Assembly: GCA_048940925.1 (NCBI GenBank)
Contig: JBHLOC010000010.1
Coordinates: forward strand, 44,694-108,693
Direction of reading: 5' to 3'
From: Promethearchaeota archaeon
GTDB lineage: Archaea; Asgardarchaeota; Lokiarchaeia; Sigyniarchaeales; SOKP01
Length of the DNA: 64,000 nucleotides
Shown here: positions 48,588 to 59,081 of the stretch, piece after piece
How positions within the stretch are numbered: the stretch's first letter is position 1
Layout: every line of letters starts with the position of its first letter
The notes under the pieces: model-generated
Seen by the model: only the letters and a program-made list of their open reading frames with translations
What the model was told of the DNA's origin: nothing
The model's database searches: none
Translations under genes and position numbers: made by a program

Positions 48588-48632
48588 GTTTCAATTTACA
48601 ACAATTTTTGTTTTAAATTTTAGATTTGAAAC
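48588..48632 (-). promoter_or_regulatory. Operator pair in the divergent hdrC2/vhuG2 intergenic region
   Basis: Minus strand GTTTCAAATCTAAAA-TTTAAAACAAAAATT-GTTGTAAATTGAAAC; 30-bp spacing; spacer resembles 29121-29135. Confidence 0.55.
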
Positions 48633-48772
48633 TTGTTTTATAAATAAAGATTCTCAATACTTTTGGTTTTACTTTACTTGTAAATAGAGTTTTATTTTAA
48701 ATTATAAACTGCAGTTTTTAATAACTTCTATGTTTATTCTATTTAAAAATATTTAAGATTAACAATAAATAG

Positions 48773-50176
48773 ATGCCAATACCTATAGTTTTTATGCAAA
48801 TTAGCTCGTGTTGGGGCTGTCATCAAAGTTTATTAAATGCACATTTTGAATTACTTCCAATTCTTCAAGAATTTGAGATTATTTATTGGCCAACCATTAT
48901 TGACATGAAAAGCGATTCGCTAATAAATAAAGATGACCATGTTGTAAAAATAGGATTTATTGAAGGTGTGATACGAACAGAAGAAGATGCCGCAAAAGTT
49001 AGACTCATGAGGCAGAAATGTGATTTAATTGTGGCTTTTGGAGCATGTGCTTGTTATGGGAGCATTGCGGGGTTAGCTAATTTATATGAAATAGATGAAT
49101 TAGTAAAAAGAAAATTCCAAGAAGTTGAATCAATTCTAGTGCCATCGACAGAAGAACCAACATTTTCTTTACCGAGATTTGAAAAATTCGTACATAACGT
49201 TAAGGAGATAATTGATGTAGATATGTTTATACCTGGATGTCCCCCAAAAACTGAGAATATTGTGGCGGCATTATCATACTTGGTAACTAGATTAAAAGAA
49301 GGTTCTAAATCAAGAGATCAAGATAAATGTGTATGTGATAATTGCGACTTATTTAATGAAGGCTGTTTTTTGGATCAAGGAAAACTCTGTTATGGCCCAA
49401 TAACTGCTTCAGGTTGTAATTTAATGTGTCCTAATAACTCTGATATTTGTTATGGATGTTTTAAATATACAATTAATCCTGGTGAAAAAGCTAAGTCATT
49501 AAAAAATATAATTAATGATTTGGATGATTTAGATGATGAAATAAAAAGAAGTTTTCATCAGTTTCTGGTATTGTATTTGGGAGTAGCTAATTTAACAAAT
49601 TTCTACTTTCGTGATGATCTTTTGCAACGATTAGCTTATCAACCTGAGAGTTTTAATAAAATAGAAAAATCAATCAATAATAATTTAGTATCTTTATTAG
49701 ATGTAAAGCCCACTGGATTTAGCATAAATGATGAAATTGTAGGTTTAATATTATTTCATTTAAAATATGATCCTAACTTTAAATTTAGTTCTAAAACCGT
49801 TTGTAGCCATTGTGATAGGACTATAGTTGACAAAGTTCCTACCAGCTTGAAAAGAGATTATGAAGGATTACCTATTAAAGATAAATGCTTCTTAGAACAA
49901 GGATATATATGTCTTGGTCCAGTTACACATGCTGGATGTGGAACTATTTGTCCGAATAAAGCAAATGCTCCATGTTTAGGTTGTTATGGAACCCCTACTG
50001 GTATAAAAGATCAAGGAGTCAAATTTATAAGTACTTTAGGTTCTTTATGTGCAGATCTTGAGCCTGAAGAAATTACTAATTCTATTAAAGATCCAGCTGG
50101 TTTGTTTAATCGATTTACTCTTGCAGATAGCATGTTAAAACACAGATATCAAGATAATATGGGGAATATAAAATAA
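48773..50176 (+). CDS. vhuG: Second group 3c hydrogenase small subunit (no adjacent large subunit), with duplicated Fe-S domain
   Basis: SCWGCHQSLLNAH, GACACYG, GCPP and two distal/medial cluster units; clear paralogue of 26475-27797. Confidence 0.9.
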   Translation: MPIPIVFMQISSCWGCHQSLLNAHFELLPILQEFEIIYWPTIIDMKSDSLINKDDHVVKIGFIEGVIRTEEDAAKVRLMRQKCDLIVAFGACACYGSIAGLANLYEIDELVKRKFQEVESILVPSTEEPTFSLPRFEKFVHNVKEIIDVDMFIPGCPPKTENIVAALSYLVTRLKEGSKSRDQDKCVCDNCDLFNEGCFLDQGKLCYGPITASGCNLMCPNNSDICYGCFKYTINPGEKAKSLKNIINDLDDLDDEIKRSFHQFLVLYLGVANLTNFYFRDDLLQRLAYQPESFNKIEKSINNNLVSLLDVKPTGFSINDEIVGLILFHLKYDPNFKFSSKTVCSHCDRTIVDKVPTSLKRDYEGLPIKDKCFLEQGYICLGPVTHAGCGTICPNKANAPCLGCYGTPTGIKDQGVKFISTLGSLCADLEPEEITNSIKDPAGLFNRFTLADSMLKHRYQDNMGNIK

Positions 50177-50274
50177 AAATTAGATAATATCAATTCAATT
50201 TTTATTGTTGTTCTTTTACTTGAACATTCTTCTATAACCTAAATTCTTTTAATTTTTGTTTCTCTTTTACAATC

Positions 50275-51327
50275 ATGAGTGAAAAAAAAGAGAGCTCAAA
50301 CATTATCCGTTTGGCTCATGGAGCTGGTGGAATTTTACAGGAAGAATTAATTGACTTTATTACGAGAAATATCCCTTTCAAAAATGTTAATAATGGTATT
50401 GGTGTTGAGGAACTAGATGATGGAGCTACTATTCCATTAAATAATTATGATAAAGAAATTGTCATTACTGCAGATGGTCATACAATTTATCCTCTTTTTT
50501 TTCCTGGAGGAGATTTAGGTATTTTAAGCATTTATGGAACTGTTAATGACCTTTTAATGATGGGCGCTGAACCATTAGCTCTAACTTCTATGATCATTAT
50601 TGAAGAAGGTTTTAGATTTAATGAGTTAGAAAAAATAGTTAATTCAATGAACAATTCGGCAGAAAAAGCAAATATTGCAATAATTGCGGGAGATACAAAA
50701 GTAATGCCAAGAGGAACTTTAAATGAAATAATCATAGCGACTACTGGTATTGGAATAAAAAATAAAAACATAAAAGTTTTAGATAACAATCTAAAAGTAG
50801 GTGATAAAATTATTATAACTGGCAGCATTGGAGATCATGGTACCGCTTTAATGGCATCACGAGAAGGATTAAACATTTCTACAAATTTAAAGTCAGATAT
50901 TTCACTTTTATTAGAAATATTTGAAGAAATTAAATCTGAAATTGAAAGTAATAGGATACATGCTATGAAAGATCCAACACGGGGAGGTATCGCTGCTGCT
51001 TTAAATGATTGGGCAAGAAAATCAAATGTGAGTATTTGGGTTGATGAAGAAAAGGTCCCAGTTAAAAAGGAGGTCAGTGCGATATGCGATATGTTGGGTC
51101 TTGACCCTTATAATATAGCATGTGAAGGGAGAGCTCTCTTAGCAGTTGATCCTATACACTCTAATAACATATTAAATAAAATAAGATCGACTCAAATTGG
51201 AAAGGATGCTAATTTAATTGGTGAAGTAAAACAAGAAAATCCTCAAAAAGTGCTCTTAAAAACAATAGTAGGTGGCACTCGATTTGTGGATATGCCTTTA
51301 GGTGAACCGATTCCTCGGATTTGCTAA
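50275..51327 (+). CDS. hypE: Hydrogenase maturation protein HypE
   Basis: LAHGAGG, FFPGGDLG, GDTKV, MKDPTRGG, C-terminal PRIC. Confidence 0.97.
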   Translation: MSEKKESSNIIRLAHGAGGILQEELIDFITRNIPFKNVNNGIGVEELDDGATIPLNNYDKEIVITADGHTIYPLFFPGGDLGILSIYGTVNDLLMMGAEPLALTSMIIIEEGFRFNELEKIVNSMNNSAEKANIAIIAGDTKVMPRGTLNEIIIATTGIGIKNKNIKVLDNNLKVGDKIIITGSIGDHGTALMASREGLNISTNLKSDISLLLEIFEEIKSEIESNRIHAMKDPTRGGIAAALNDWARKSNVSIWVDEEKVPVKKEVSAICDMLGLDPYNIACEGRALLAVDPIHSNNILNKIRSTQIGKDANLIGEVKQENPQKVLLKTIVGGTRFVDMPLGEPIPRIC

Positions 51328-51345
51328 TATGGAGGTAAAAGTAAA

Positions 51346-52452
51346 TTGATGGAAATTCTAGGAACAAAAATTTTAAGAAATAAAGAATTTACAAAAAAAA
51401 TTATAAAAGGAATAAATTCAATTGTTAAGGAGATTAACAAACCTGTTAAATTTATGCATGTTTGCGGAACCCATGAACATACAATTTCTAAGTATGGATT
51501 AAGAACACTTTTACCAAAAGAAATAGAAATCTTATCTGGTCCTGGATGTCCTGTATGTATATGCCCTGCGGCTGATATTGATAAAGCAATCGAGATTGGA
51601 AAAAGGAAAGATACAATTATCACTACATTCGGAGATATGATACGCGTTCCTGCAACAAATATCTCTTTAGCAGAACTTAAAGCTAAGGGTGCTGATGTTC
51701 GTATTGTCTATGGACCAAATGATGCTATTAAAATTGCTAAAAAAAATCCTGATAAGGAAGTCATATTTTTTGCTATTGGGTTTGAAACTACTGCTCCCTT
51801 GACCGCTTATGAACTTAAATCTAATCCCCCCTCAAACTTTTCAGTGATTTGTGCTCATAAATTAATTCCAGCGGCTTTAGAGCTTTTAATGAGTCAATCA
51901 CAGTTGAATATAGACGGTTTCATTTCTCCAGGCCATGTTTCTACAATTATTGGATTAAAACCATATGAACTTTTCTCCCAAGGATATAGAATACCTAATG
52001 TTGTATCTGGATTTGAACCAAATGATGTTTTATTATCCATCTTAATGCTTGTAAAGCAGGTGAGAGACAAAAAATTTGAAACATTGAATGAATATTCACG
52101 AGTTGTAAAGCCTGAAGGGAATAAAGTGGCTCAGAATATAATTGATGCTGTTTTTAAGCCTATCTCCTCACCATGGAGAGGTATAGGAAGAATCTCTGAA
52201 GGAGGATTGGCCATAAGAGAACGATATCAAGAATTTGATGCTGATAAAAAATTTGATGTTCAAATTGAAAAATCTCAAGATATCCCTCCTGGCTGTTCTT
52301 GCCATCTAGTAATGGTTGGTAAATTATATCCTTATGAATGTAGCTTATTTCGAAAAAGTTGTACTCCTATTAACCCCATTGGCCCGTGTATGGTTTCTAT
52401 GGAAGGAACATGTAGTATTTATTATAAATATTATAGTACTAATAATATTTAA
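51346..52452 (+). CDS. hypD: Hydrogenase maturation protein HypD
   Basis: MHVCGTH, GPGCPVC, GFETT, PGHVS, GPCMVSMEGTC. Confidence 0.97.
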   Translation: MMEILGTKILRNKEFTKKIIKGINSIVKEINKPVKFMHVCGTHEHTISKYGLRTLLPKEIEILSGPGCPVCICPAADIDKAIEIGKRKDTIITTFGDMIRVPATNISLAELKAKGADVRIVYGPNDAIKIAKKNPDKEVIFFAIGFETTAPLTAYELKSNPPSNFSVICAHKLIPAALELLMSQSQLNIDGFISPGHVSTIIGLKPYELFSQGYRIPNVVSGFEPNDVLLSILMLVKQVRDKKFETLNEYSRVVKPEGNKVAQNIIDAVFKPISSPWRGIGRISEGGLAIRERYQEFDADKKFDVQIEKSQDIPPGCSCHLVMVGKLYPYECSLFRKSCTPINPIGPCMVSMEGTCSIYYKYYSTNNI

Positions 52453-53321
52453 ATTGACCAGGGGAAACAAGAGTTATATTTTTCAGTTCCCCAAGCATCT
52501 GTAGCAGGAAAATTACAACGATATCCCTTATCATAATTTTTATTAAAATATGTTTTTACATGCCTTCCCCGTACTATTTTATCAAAATCGACCCTTGTTA
52601 ATCTTTGAGCTTTATTATTTTTAGTAAAATTTTTTGTACTATAGTCAAGGTTGCACTTCCAAAAATTGGTTTTCTCTTTAAGATATGATATTTTATCTCC
52701 TTTATCTTCTTGAACCCAAGAAACAAAGCAGACATCATCTTTACCTTCTAAAGAATTATTTAAATATCTTAACCTCGAATCGAGACCTCCTTCACTTGCA
52801 GCCCAATATCCTCCCCAATAACTAACAAGTACTATTAAAATACAACCTTTTAATTCTCCAACTGTTGGCCACTTAAAATTGTATTCTCTAAAATCTTTGA
52901 ATGTAAAAAGTGTATTGGATTTAAATGAATCGATTATTATCTCATTGAGTTTTTTAATCCCATAAAGTTCTTCGGGTTCATTATTTGAGTCGATAATGCT
53001 ATCTTTTAGTTCTATAAAGAGTGTGATAGGTGCATGTTCTTTATTTTGTTCGCTAGACCATTCATCTAAGACTTTAAGCCAATTCGTAAATAAGAGATTA
53101 TCAGGGTTGCCATCATCATTAAGAAGTACATCAATATGATTTTGTAAATGATACACCTCAAAATCTCCTAATTCTTGAATTTTATCATCATGTAAATCGT
53201 ATTCAAGTCCCCTCACACCTTTATTTAGTTGTTCTCTTATAGAATGCTCATACGAATTATGACTAGTTTTAAAGAATGCTTTATGATAAGGAACATCCCA
53301 TGTTCTTTCTTTAGTATTCAT
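52449..53321 (-). CDS. PI-PLC-like (PLC X-domain) phosphodiesterase
   Basis: SHNSY, QLNKGVRGLEYDLH, VYH, HAPITLFIELKD, WPTVGELKG. Confidence 0.75.
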   Translation of the reverse strand: MNTKERTWDVPYHKAFFKTSHNSYEHSIREQLNKGVRGLEYDLHDDKIQELGDFEVYHLQNHIDVLLNDDGNPDNLLFTNWLKVLDEWSSEQNKEHAPITLFIELKDSIIDSNNEPEELYGIKKLNEIIIDSFKSNTLFTFKDFREYNFKWPTVGELKGCILIVLVSYWGGYWAASEGGLDSRLRYLNNSLEGKDDVCFVSWVQEDKGDKISYLKEKTNFWKCNLDYSTKNFTKNNKAQRLTRVDFDKIVRGRHVKTYFNKNYDKGYRCNFPATDAWGTEKYNSCFPWSI

Positions 53322-53470
53322 TATGATATCTCGCTACTTTAGTTATTTATAGGTTTTAAATCAAAATCTTAATCTAATAATACTTATTATAATAAAATAT
53401 TAGCTTTTTTTTTAAGTGTTAATTAATTAAATTAGAACTTAAATCAAATGTAAAAATTTGAAATTGTTAT

Positions 53471-55882
53471 TTGAAAGATTATAAAACAGTAGAGATAAAC
53501 ATTGAAGGAATCGTCCAGGGAGTAGGATTTAGACCTTTTTTATATAACTTAGCACGTTCCTTAAATCTTAAAGGTTATATACTAAATAGAGGGAACGCGG
53601 GTGTAAGACTGGTTTTACAAGGTACTTCTCAAAATATAAACCAATTCTTAAAAGATGTTGAATTAAAGAAACCTAAAATCTCTTTTATCGAGAATATTAC
53701 CGTAGATTATTTAGATCCTTCAGTAAATTATGATGATCTTGAAATAAAGAAAAGTGAAAAAGGACGGGGTATTAGTCTTACGCTTCCACCAGATATTGCA
53801 ATTTGTAATAATTGTTTAAAAGATATGCGAAATTCTCAATTAGAAAAATACTACAAATACCCTTTTATCGCTTGTGCTGTATGTGGCCCAAGATTCACAA
53901 CCGTGACTGAATTACCTTATGATAGAGAACGCACCACTATGATTAAATTTCCTTTATGTAAAAATGCTAAACCAGAATCTTGTACTAAAGAATATTCGGA
54001 CTTTAATAATAGGAGATTTCATGCCCAAACTTTTGCGTGTTCAGTATGTGGTCCCTATTATACACTTTATAATAACCAGAGAAGAATTATCAATGATAGT
54101 TCAATAGATCAAATCTTATTTAAAACAGCTAAAATAATAAATGAGGGGGATATTGTTGCGATTAAAGGTATAGGAGGAGTCCATTTAGTCTGTTTAGCTG
54201 ATAATGATGATATTATTCTAAAATTACGTAAAAGAAAAGGAGAAAGAAAGTATAAGCCATTTGCTCTAATGGTCCCAAATTTAGATTTAATAAATGGGAT
54301 ATTAAAAATTTCATCTAAAGAGCGAGAGCTTTTAACTTCCTTCCGTAGGCCTATTGTTCTTCTGGAAAGAACAAAAAGAGATGATAATACTATGATTAGT
54401 GAACAAGTTGCTCCTGGTTTAAATAATATTGGTGTAATGCTTCCTTATTCTGGAATCCATTATCTTCTATTTGAATGCTTAGGAGATAAACCATTAATTT
54501 ATACCAGTGGGAACAAATCTTATATTCCTATGGCTATAGATAACACAAAGATATTTGAACAGCTCCAAGATCTTGCTGATGCTTTTCTCCTTCACAATCG
54601 ACCAATATATCAAAGAGCTGATGATAGTGTTTTAAGAGTTCACAATATTAGACAAAAATTAATTCGACGCTCTAGAGGTTATGTGCCAGAGTATATCCCT
54701 TTAGCATATGAAGTAGATATTTCAGGTGCAATTGCTACAGGTCCTTTATTAGCAACAACTGGAGCTATTTTAAGGAGAAATAGGATTTTCCCTACTCAAC
54801 ATATTGGAAATGTTTCTCATCTTGAAACATATGAATTTCTAAAGGATGCTTTATTTCATATAAAAGCCCTCCTTCAAATTGCTGATTCTGAAATAGAATT
54901 TATCGCTTGTGATGCACATCCTGAATTTATCACAACTAAGTTAGCTAACGAACTTAGTAATCAGTTCGAATGCAGTATTTATAAGATACAACATCATTAT
55001 GCACATGCTTTAGCATTAATGGCTGAAAATATGGTAAATATTGATGAAAAAATCATTTGTATAAGTACAGATGGGGTTGGTTATGGTGATGATGGTAATA
55101 TTTGGGGTGGTGAAATATTATTATCTTCATATTCTGATTATGCTCGTTTAGCTCATTTGGAATATCAACCTATGGTAGGAGGAGATCGTTGTACAAAATA
55201 TCCCGCTCGGATGGTGGCGTCTATTATTTTAAATGCTTTAGAATTGGATGACTCCAAAAAAGAATTTAAAAAATTAAAATTATCTCAAGATCTTGAATAT
55301 AAAGACACAGAATTAGAGATTTTAATTAATCAATTTGAGCAAGGTAAAAATCACTTTCAATCTCAAAATATCCCTTTTACTAGTTCTACTGGTAGAATTT
55401 TTGATTCAGTTTCTTATTTATTAGGTGCTTCGAAAATCAAAACTTATAGAGGTGAACCTGCCATGCGGCTTGAAGGGATAGCTTCAAGAGGGAAAATAAA
55501 TAATGTACCATTAAAAATAAGGTCTATTAAGAAAAATGGAAAATATATATTAAAAACATCAGAATTGATAGTTGATATTCTAAAATTATTGGATAAAGGT
55601 AAATACAAAAAAGAAGATATTGCCGCTAAATTTCAAGTTGAAATTGGGAAATCTTTTGCTGATGTTGCAATAAAAGTTGCGAGAGAACATAACATAAATA
55701 AAATTGGTTTAACAGGTGGAGTTGCATATAATTATTCTTTTTCTAATTCAATAAAAAATGAAATAACTCAATCAGGATATGAATTCTTAGAGCATGAGCT
55801 AATACCTCCTGGTGATGGGGGAATAAGTACTGGTCAGTTAATAGGAGGTTTATTCAGAAATATTAATTCAAATAAAGAATAA
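53471..55882 (+). CDS. hypF: Carbamoyltransferase HypF
   Basis: GIVQGVGFRPF, zinc fingers, RRFHAQ, KGIGG, RRSRGYVP, QHHYAH, GDGGISTGQ. Confidence 0.97.
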   Translation: MKDYKTVEINIEGIVQGVGFRPFLYNLARSLNLKGYILNRGNAGVRLVLQGTSQNINQFLKDVELKKPKISFIENITVDYLDPSVNYDDLEIKKSEKGRGISLTLPPDIAICNNCLKDMRNSQLEKYYKYPFIACAVCGPRFTTVTELPYDRERTTMIKFPLCKNAKPESCTKEYSDFNNRRFHAQTFACSVCGPYYTLYNNQRRIINDSSIDQILFKTAKIINEGDIVAIKGIGGVHLVCLADNDDIILKLRKRKGERKYKPFALMVPNLDLINGILKISSKERELLTSFRRPIVLLERTKRDDNTMISEQVAPGLNNIGVMLPYSGIHYLLFECLGDKPLIYTSGNKSYIPMAIDNTKIFEQLQDLADAFLLHNRPIYQRADDSVLRVHNIRQKLIRRSRGYVPEYIPLAYEVDISGAIATGPLLATTGAILRRNRIFPTQHIGNVSHLETYEFLKDALFHIKALLQIADSEIEFIACDAHPEFITTKLANELSNQFECSIYKIQHHYAHALALMAENMVNIDEKIICISTDGVGYGDDGNIWGGEILLSSYSDYARLAHLEYQPMVGGDRCTKYPARMVASIILNALELDDSKKEFKKLKLSQDLEYKDTELEILINQFEQGKNHFQSQNIPFTSSTGRIFDSVSYLLGASKIKTYRGEPAMRLEGIASRGKINNVPLKIRSIKKNGKYILKTSELIVDILKLLDKGKYKKEDIAAKFQVEIGKSFADVAIKVAREHNINKIGLTGGVAYNYSFSNSIKNEITQSGYEFLEHELIPPGDGGISTGQLIGGLFRNINSNKE

Positions 55883-55912
55883 ATTTAAACTTATAAATCA
55901 ATATTTAAAATA

Positions 55913-56731
55913 ATGGTTTTAACCAAACGAATTATTCCTTGTTTAGATGTTACTCATGGTAAAGTTGTAAAAGGCACGAAATTTATAAACCTAAAAGATG
56001 TAGGAGATGCTGTAGAATTAGCTAAATTTTATGATGAACAAGGAGCTGATGAACTAGTTTTTTTAGATATTACGGCCTCCTCTGATAAAAGAAAAATATT
56101 AGTCGAGTTAGTAGAAAAAACTGGAGATCAAGTATTCATTCCCTTTACTGTAGGAGGAGGTTTAAGAACGGTAAAGGATATTAAGGAAATTTTAAGAGCA
56201 GGAGCCGATAAGATATCGTTGAATACTGCAGCGGTTCAAAATCCCAATTTAATTAAAGATGGAGCTAAAATTTTTGGTTCACAATGCATAGTCACCGCAA
56301 TCGATGCTAAAAGAGTTTATATTAATTCACCTGAAGAAGCAAAAAATAATATTGTTATAAAAGCAAACAATTGCTTTTGCTGGTGGGAAGTCTACATAAA
56401 TGGAGGTCGAACACCTACAGGGAAGGATGCTATTCTTTGGGGAAAAAAAGTAACCAATTTAGGTAGCGGTGAGATTCTGCTAACTTCTATGGATTGTGAT
56501 GGAACTAAAAATGGATATGATATAGAATTGACAAGAATTTTTAGTGAGGAATTAGATGTTCCAATAATAGCTTCCGGTGGGGCAGGTAATCCTGAGCATA
56601 TCATTAATGTATTTAAATTGGGTAAAGCAGATGCAGCATTAGCCGCCTCAATCTTTCATTATAACGAGTACTCTATAGAAATAGTAAAGATGGAATGTAG
56701 CAAAGCAGGAATATCGATGAGGTTAAAATGA
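55913..56731 (+). CDS. hisF: Imidazole glycerol phosphate synthase cyclase subunit
   Basis: [45 protein letters not shown]. Confidence 0.97.
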   Translation: MVLTKRIIPCLDVTHGKVVKGTKFINLKDVGDAVELAKFYDEQGADELVFLDITASSDKRKILVELVEKTGDQVFIPFTVGGGLRTVKDIKEILRAGADKISLNTAAVQNPNLIKDGAKIFGSQCIVTAIDAKRVYINSPEEAKNNIVIKANNCFCWWEVYINGGRTPTGKDAILWGKKVTNLGSGEILLTSMDCDGTKNGYDIELTRIFSEELDVPIIASGGAGNPEHIINVFKLGKADAALAASIFHYNEYSIEIVKMECSKAGISMRLK

Positions 56732-56732
56732 A

Positions 56733-57362
56733 ATGTCGTTTAATATAGCTATTATAGATTATGAAATGGGTAATCTTAAAAGCATTTATAAATGCCTAAG
56801 ATATTTAGGTGTAACTAGTTCAATAACTTCTGAAGCTAAAATCATCTTAGACTCGAATGGAGTGATTTTACCGGGAGTTGGAGGATTTGGTGATGCCATG
56901 AAACACCTTAAGGAAAAAGACCTAATTGAAACTATATATCAGTGTGTCAATGAGGGGAAACCCTTATTTGGGATTTGTTTAGGGCTTCAACTCTTATACT
57001 CTAAAAGTAATGAAATGGGTAATTTTAATGGTTTAAATATAATTAAAGGAAATATTGTATCTTTTGATATTACTAAAGTTCATAAAATTCCACAAATAGG
57101 ATGGAATAGCGTAGATTTTCAAGATTATGATCATTTTTTAGTTCAAGGAATTCCAAATAATTCATATTTTTACTTTGTGCATAGTTTTTATGGTATTCCT
57201 GATAATAAAGAAAATATATTAGGATTAACTCAATATGGGGAAATTAAATTTTGTTCAATAATTTCTAAAGAAAACATTTTTGCTACACAATTTCACCCAG
57301 AAAAATCTAGTAAATATGGTATAAAGATGTATCAGAATTTTATAGATTTCTGTAAAAAATAA
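56733..57362 (+). CDS. hisH: Imidazole glycerol phosphate synthase glutaminase subunit
   Basis: DYEMGNL, LPGVG, GICLG, YFVHSF, QFHPEKS. Confidence 0.97.
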   Translation: MSFNIAIIDYEMGNLKSIYKCLRYLGVTSSITSEAKIILDSNGVILPGVGGFGDAMKHLKEKDLIETIYQCVNEGKPLFGICLGLQLLYSKSNEMGNFNGLNIIKGNIVSFDITKVHKIPQIGWNSVDFQDYDHFLVQGIPNNSYFYFVHSFYGIPDNKENILGLTQYGEIKFCSIISKENIFATQFHPEKSSKYGIKMYQNFIDFCKK

Positions 57363-57455
57363 GATTCAAATCTTGATTTGCTCAATGCTACTGGACTGTC
57401 AAAGGAAAAGCTATGTATATATTGTTGGGATGGTCGAAAAAAATTAGATATTTAA
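57363..57455 (+). pseudogene. Relic C-terminal fragment of a second PurF-like gene
   Basis: Reads DSNLDLLNATGLSKEKLCIYCWDGRKKLDI* immediately after the hisH stop; resembles the PurF terminal DL..A.GL.KE.LC.YCWDG segment. Confidence 0.55.
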
Positions 57456-58975
57456 GCTCTGCTTTTAACAATTGATTTTTCTAATTCTGCTAATTTTTGC
57501 ACTGATTTTAATGGATAATTACTTGTTAAACATGCCAGACAAAGTTGATTCTTATTTTTTCCAATAGCGTGAGTTAAATCATCTATTGTTTGGTATAATA
57601 ATGTATCTGCACCTACTTTTTTTCGTATTTCTTCTAAATAATTATCACCATATTGTTTTAGAAATCTTCCAGCAATTAATTCATTTGTCGTTGGAAAGTC
57701 GATACCCATATAACATGGACTGATTATTGGAGGACAACCTATGCGTAAATGAACTTGTTTTGCTCCTCCTTTTTCTCTTAACATTGCAACTATTTGTTGA
57801 GTAGTGGTACCACGCACTATAGAATCATCTAAAAGAATAACATCTTTGCCAAAAACAACGCTTTTAATAGGATTTAATTTTTCTTTTACTGCGATTTTAC
57901 GTTTTTTTTGGCCAGGCATAATAAAAGTCCTGTGTACGTATCGATTCTTCATCAACCCTTCTAAATAAGGAAGTCCTGCTTCCTTCGCATATCCCACAGC
58001 TACACTTCGACCAGAATCCGGCACAGGAACTACTATCGCGTTTTCTTTTATTTCAGGATTCTTTAAAAGTGGGTCATTTTTAGCTAAATTTACACCCAAT
58101 CTTAATCTTGCTTCCGCCACAGAAATTCCATCAATAATGGAATCTGGTCGGGCAAAATATACAAATTCAAATTGACATAAAGCCGTTTTGTTAGATTTTA
58201 TTATCAATTCAGAATGGATATCTTTTTGATGACTTAAATGTAAAATTTCACCAGGTTTTACATCTCTTAAAAGATTACCCCCCACTGCATCTATAGCACA
58301 TGATTCAGATGCTACAAGATAGATATTTCTTTTTTCAGACTTTAATTCACCTATGCACAACGGTTTAAATCCCAATGGATCCCGTAAAGCATAAATATCT
58401 CCTTCAGAAGTCATCAAAATCAAAGAATAAGAACCATCTAATAATTTACTGGTCATTTTCAATATCTCAGGCCAATCCTCTGTTCCTAAAGCAATAGAAC
58501 CAATTAGTTGTGCCATAACCTCAGTATCTGTATCAGTTATAAAAACTCGTCCCATATCATCCATATTTTTACGTATTTCTTCAAAGTTAGAAATTGTCCC
58601 GTTAAATGCCATCGAGAATTCAAGTTCATTATTCTTAAAATGAAAAGGTTGCAAATAATCGGTTGATTTATACCCTATTGCACCAGTTGTAGCATATCTA
58701 TTATGTCCTATTCCTACATTTCCCCAATATTGGGATAATACTTTATCTTCTAAAACTTGTGAAACTAATCCCTTTTTTTTATAGGTATTTATTGATCCGC
58801 CTGTTTTTAATACAGAGATTCCTGAAGATTCTTGTCCTCGATGTTGTAATGCTATTAATCCCTGATATAAAAGTTTAGATATAGAATACCCGATATCATT
58901 ACAAGTCACCCCAAATATAGCACATTGTTCTCTAACCTTCTCAAAAAAGTATAATCTTTTTCTATTAGAGTGCAT
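57452..58975 (-). CDS. purF: Amidophosphoribosyltransferase
   Basis: REQCAIFG, LQHRGQES, FEFVYFARPDS, VPDSG, DDSIVRGTT, CYMGIDF, LCLAC. Confidence 0.96.
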   Translation of the reverse strand: MHSNRKRLYFFEKVREQCAIFGVTCNDIGYSISKLLYQGLIALQHRGQESSGISVLKTGGSINTYKKKGLVSQVLEDKVLSQYWGNVGIGHNRYATTGAIGYKSTDYLQPFHFKNNELEFSMAFNGTISNFEEIRKNMDDMGRVFITDTDTEVMAQLIGSIALGTEDWPEILKMTSKLLDGSYSLILMTSEGDIYALRDPLGFKPLCIGELKSEKRNIYLVASESCAIDAVGGNLLRDVKPGEILHLSHQKDIHSELIIKSNKTALCQFEFVYFARPDSIIDGISVAEARLRLGVNLAKNDPLLKNPEIKENAIVVPVPDSGRSVAVGYAKEAGLPYLEGLMKNRYVHRTFIMPGQKKRKIAVKEKLNPIKSVVFGKDVILLDDSIVRGTTTQQIVAMLREKGGAKQVHLRIGCPPIISPCYMGIDFPTTNELIAGRFLKQYGDNYLEEIRKKVGADTLLYQTIDDLTHAIGKNKNQLCLACLTSNYPLKSVQKLAELEKSIVKSRA

Positions 58976-59081
58976 AATATCTATTTGATAAAATTTAGCA
59001 AATGAATATCTTCAATTAATTTAAATCATAAATAATTTTTAATAATTAGTCTAATAGTATATTAAAATGTTTTACTAAAAT

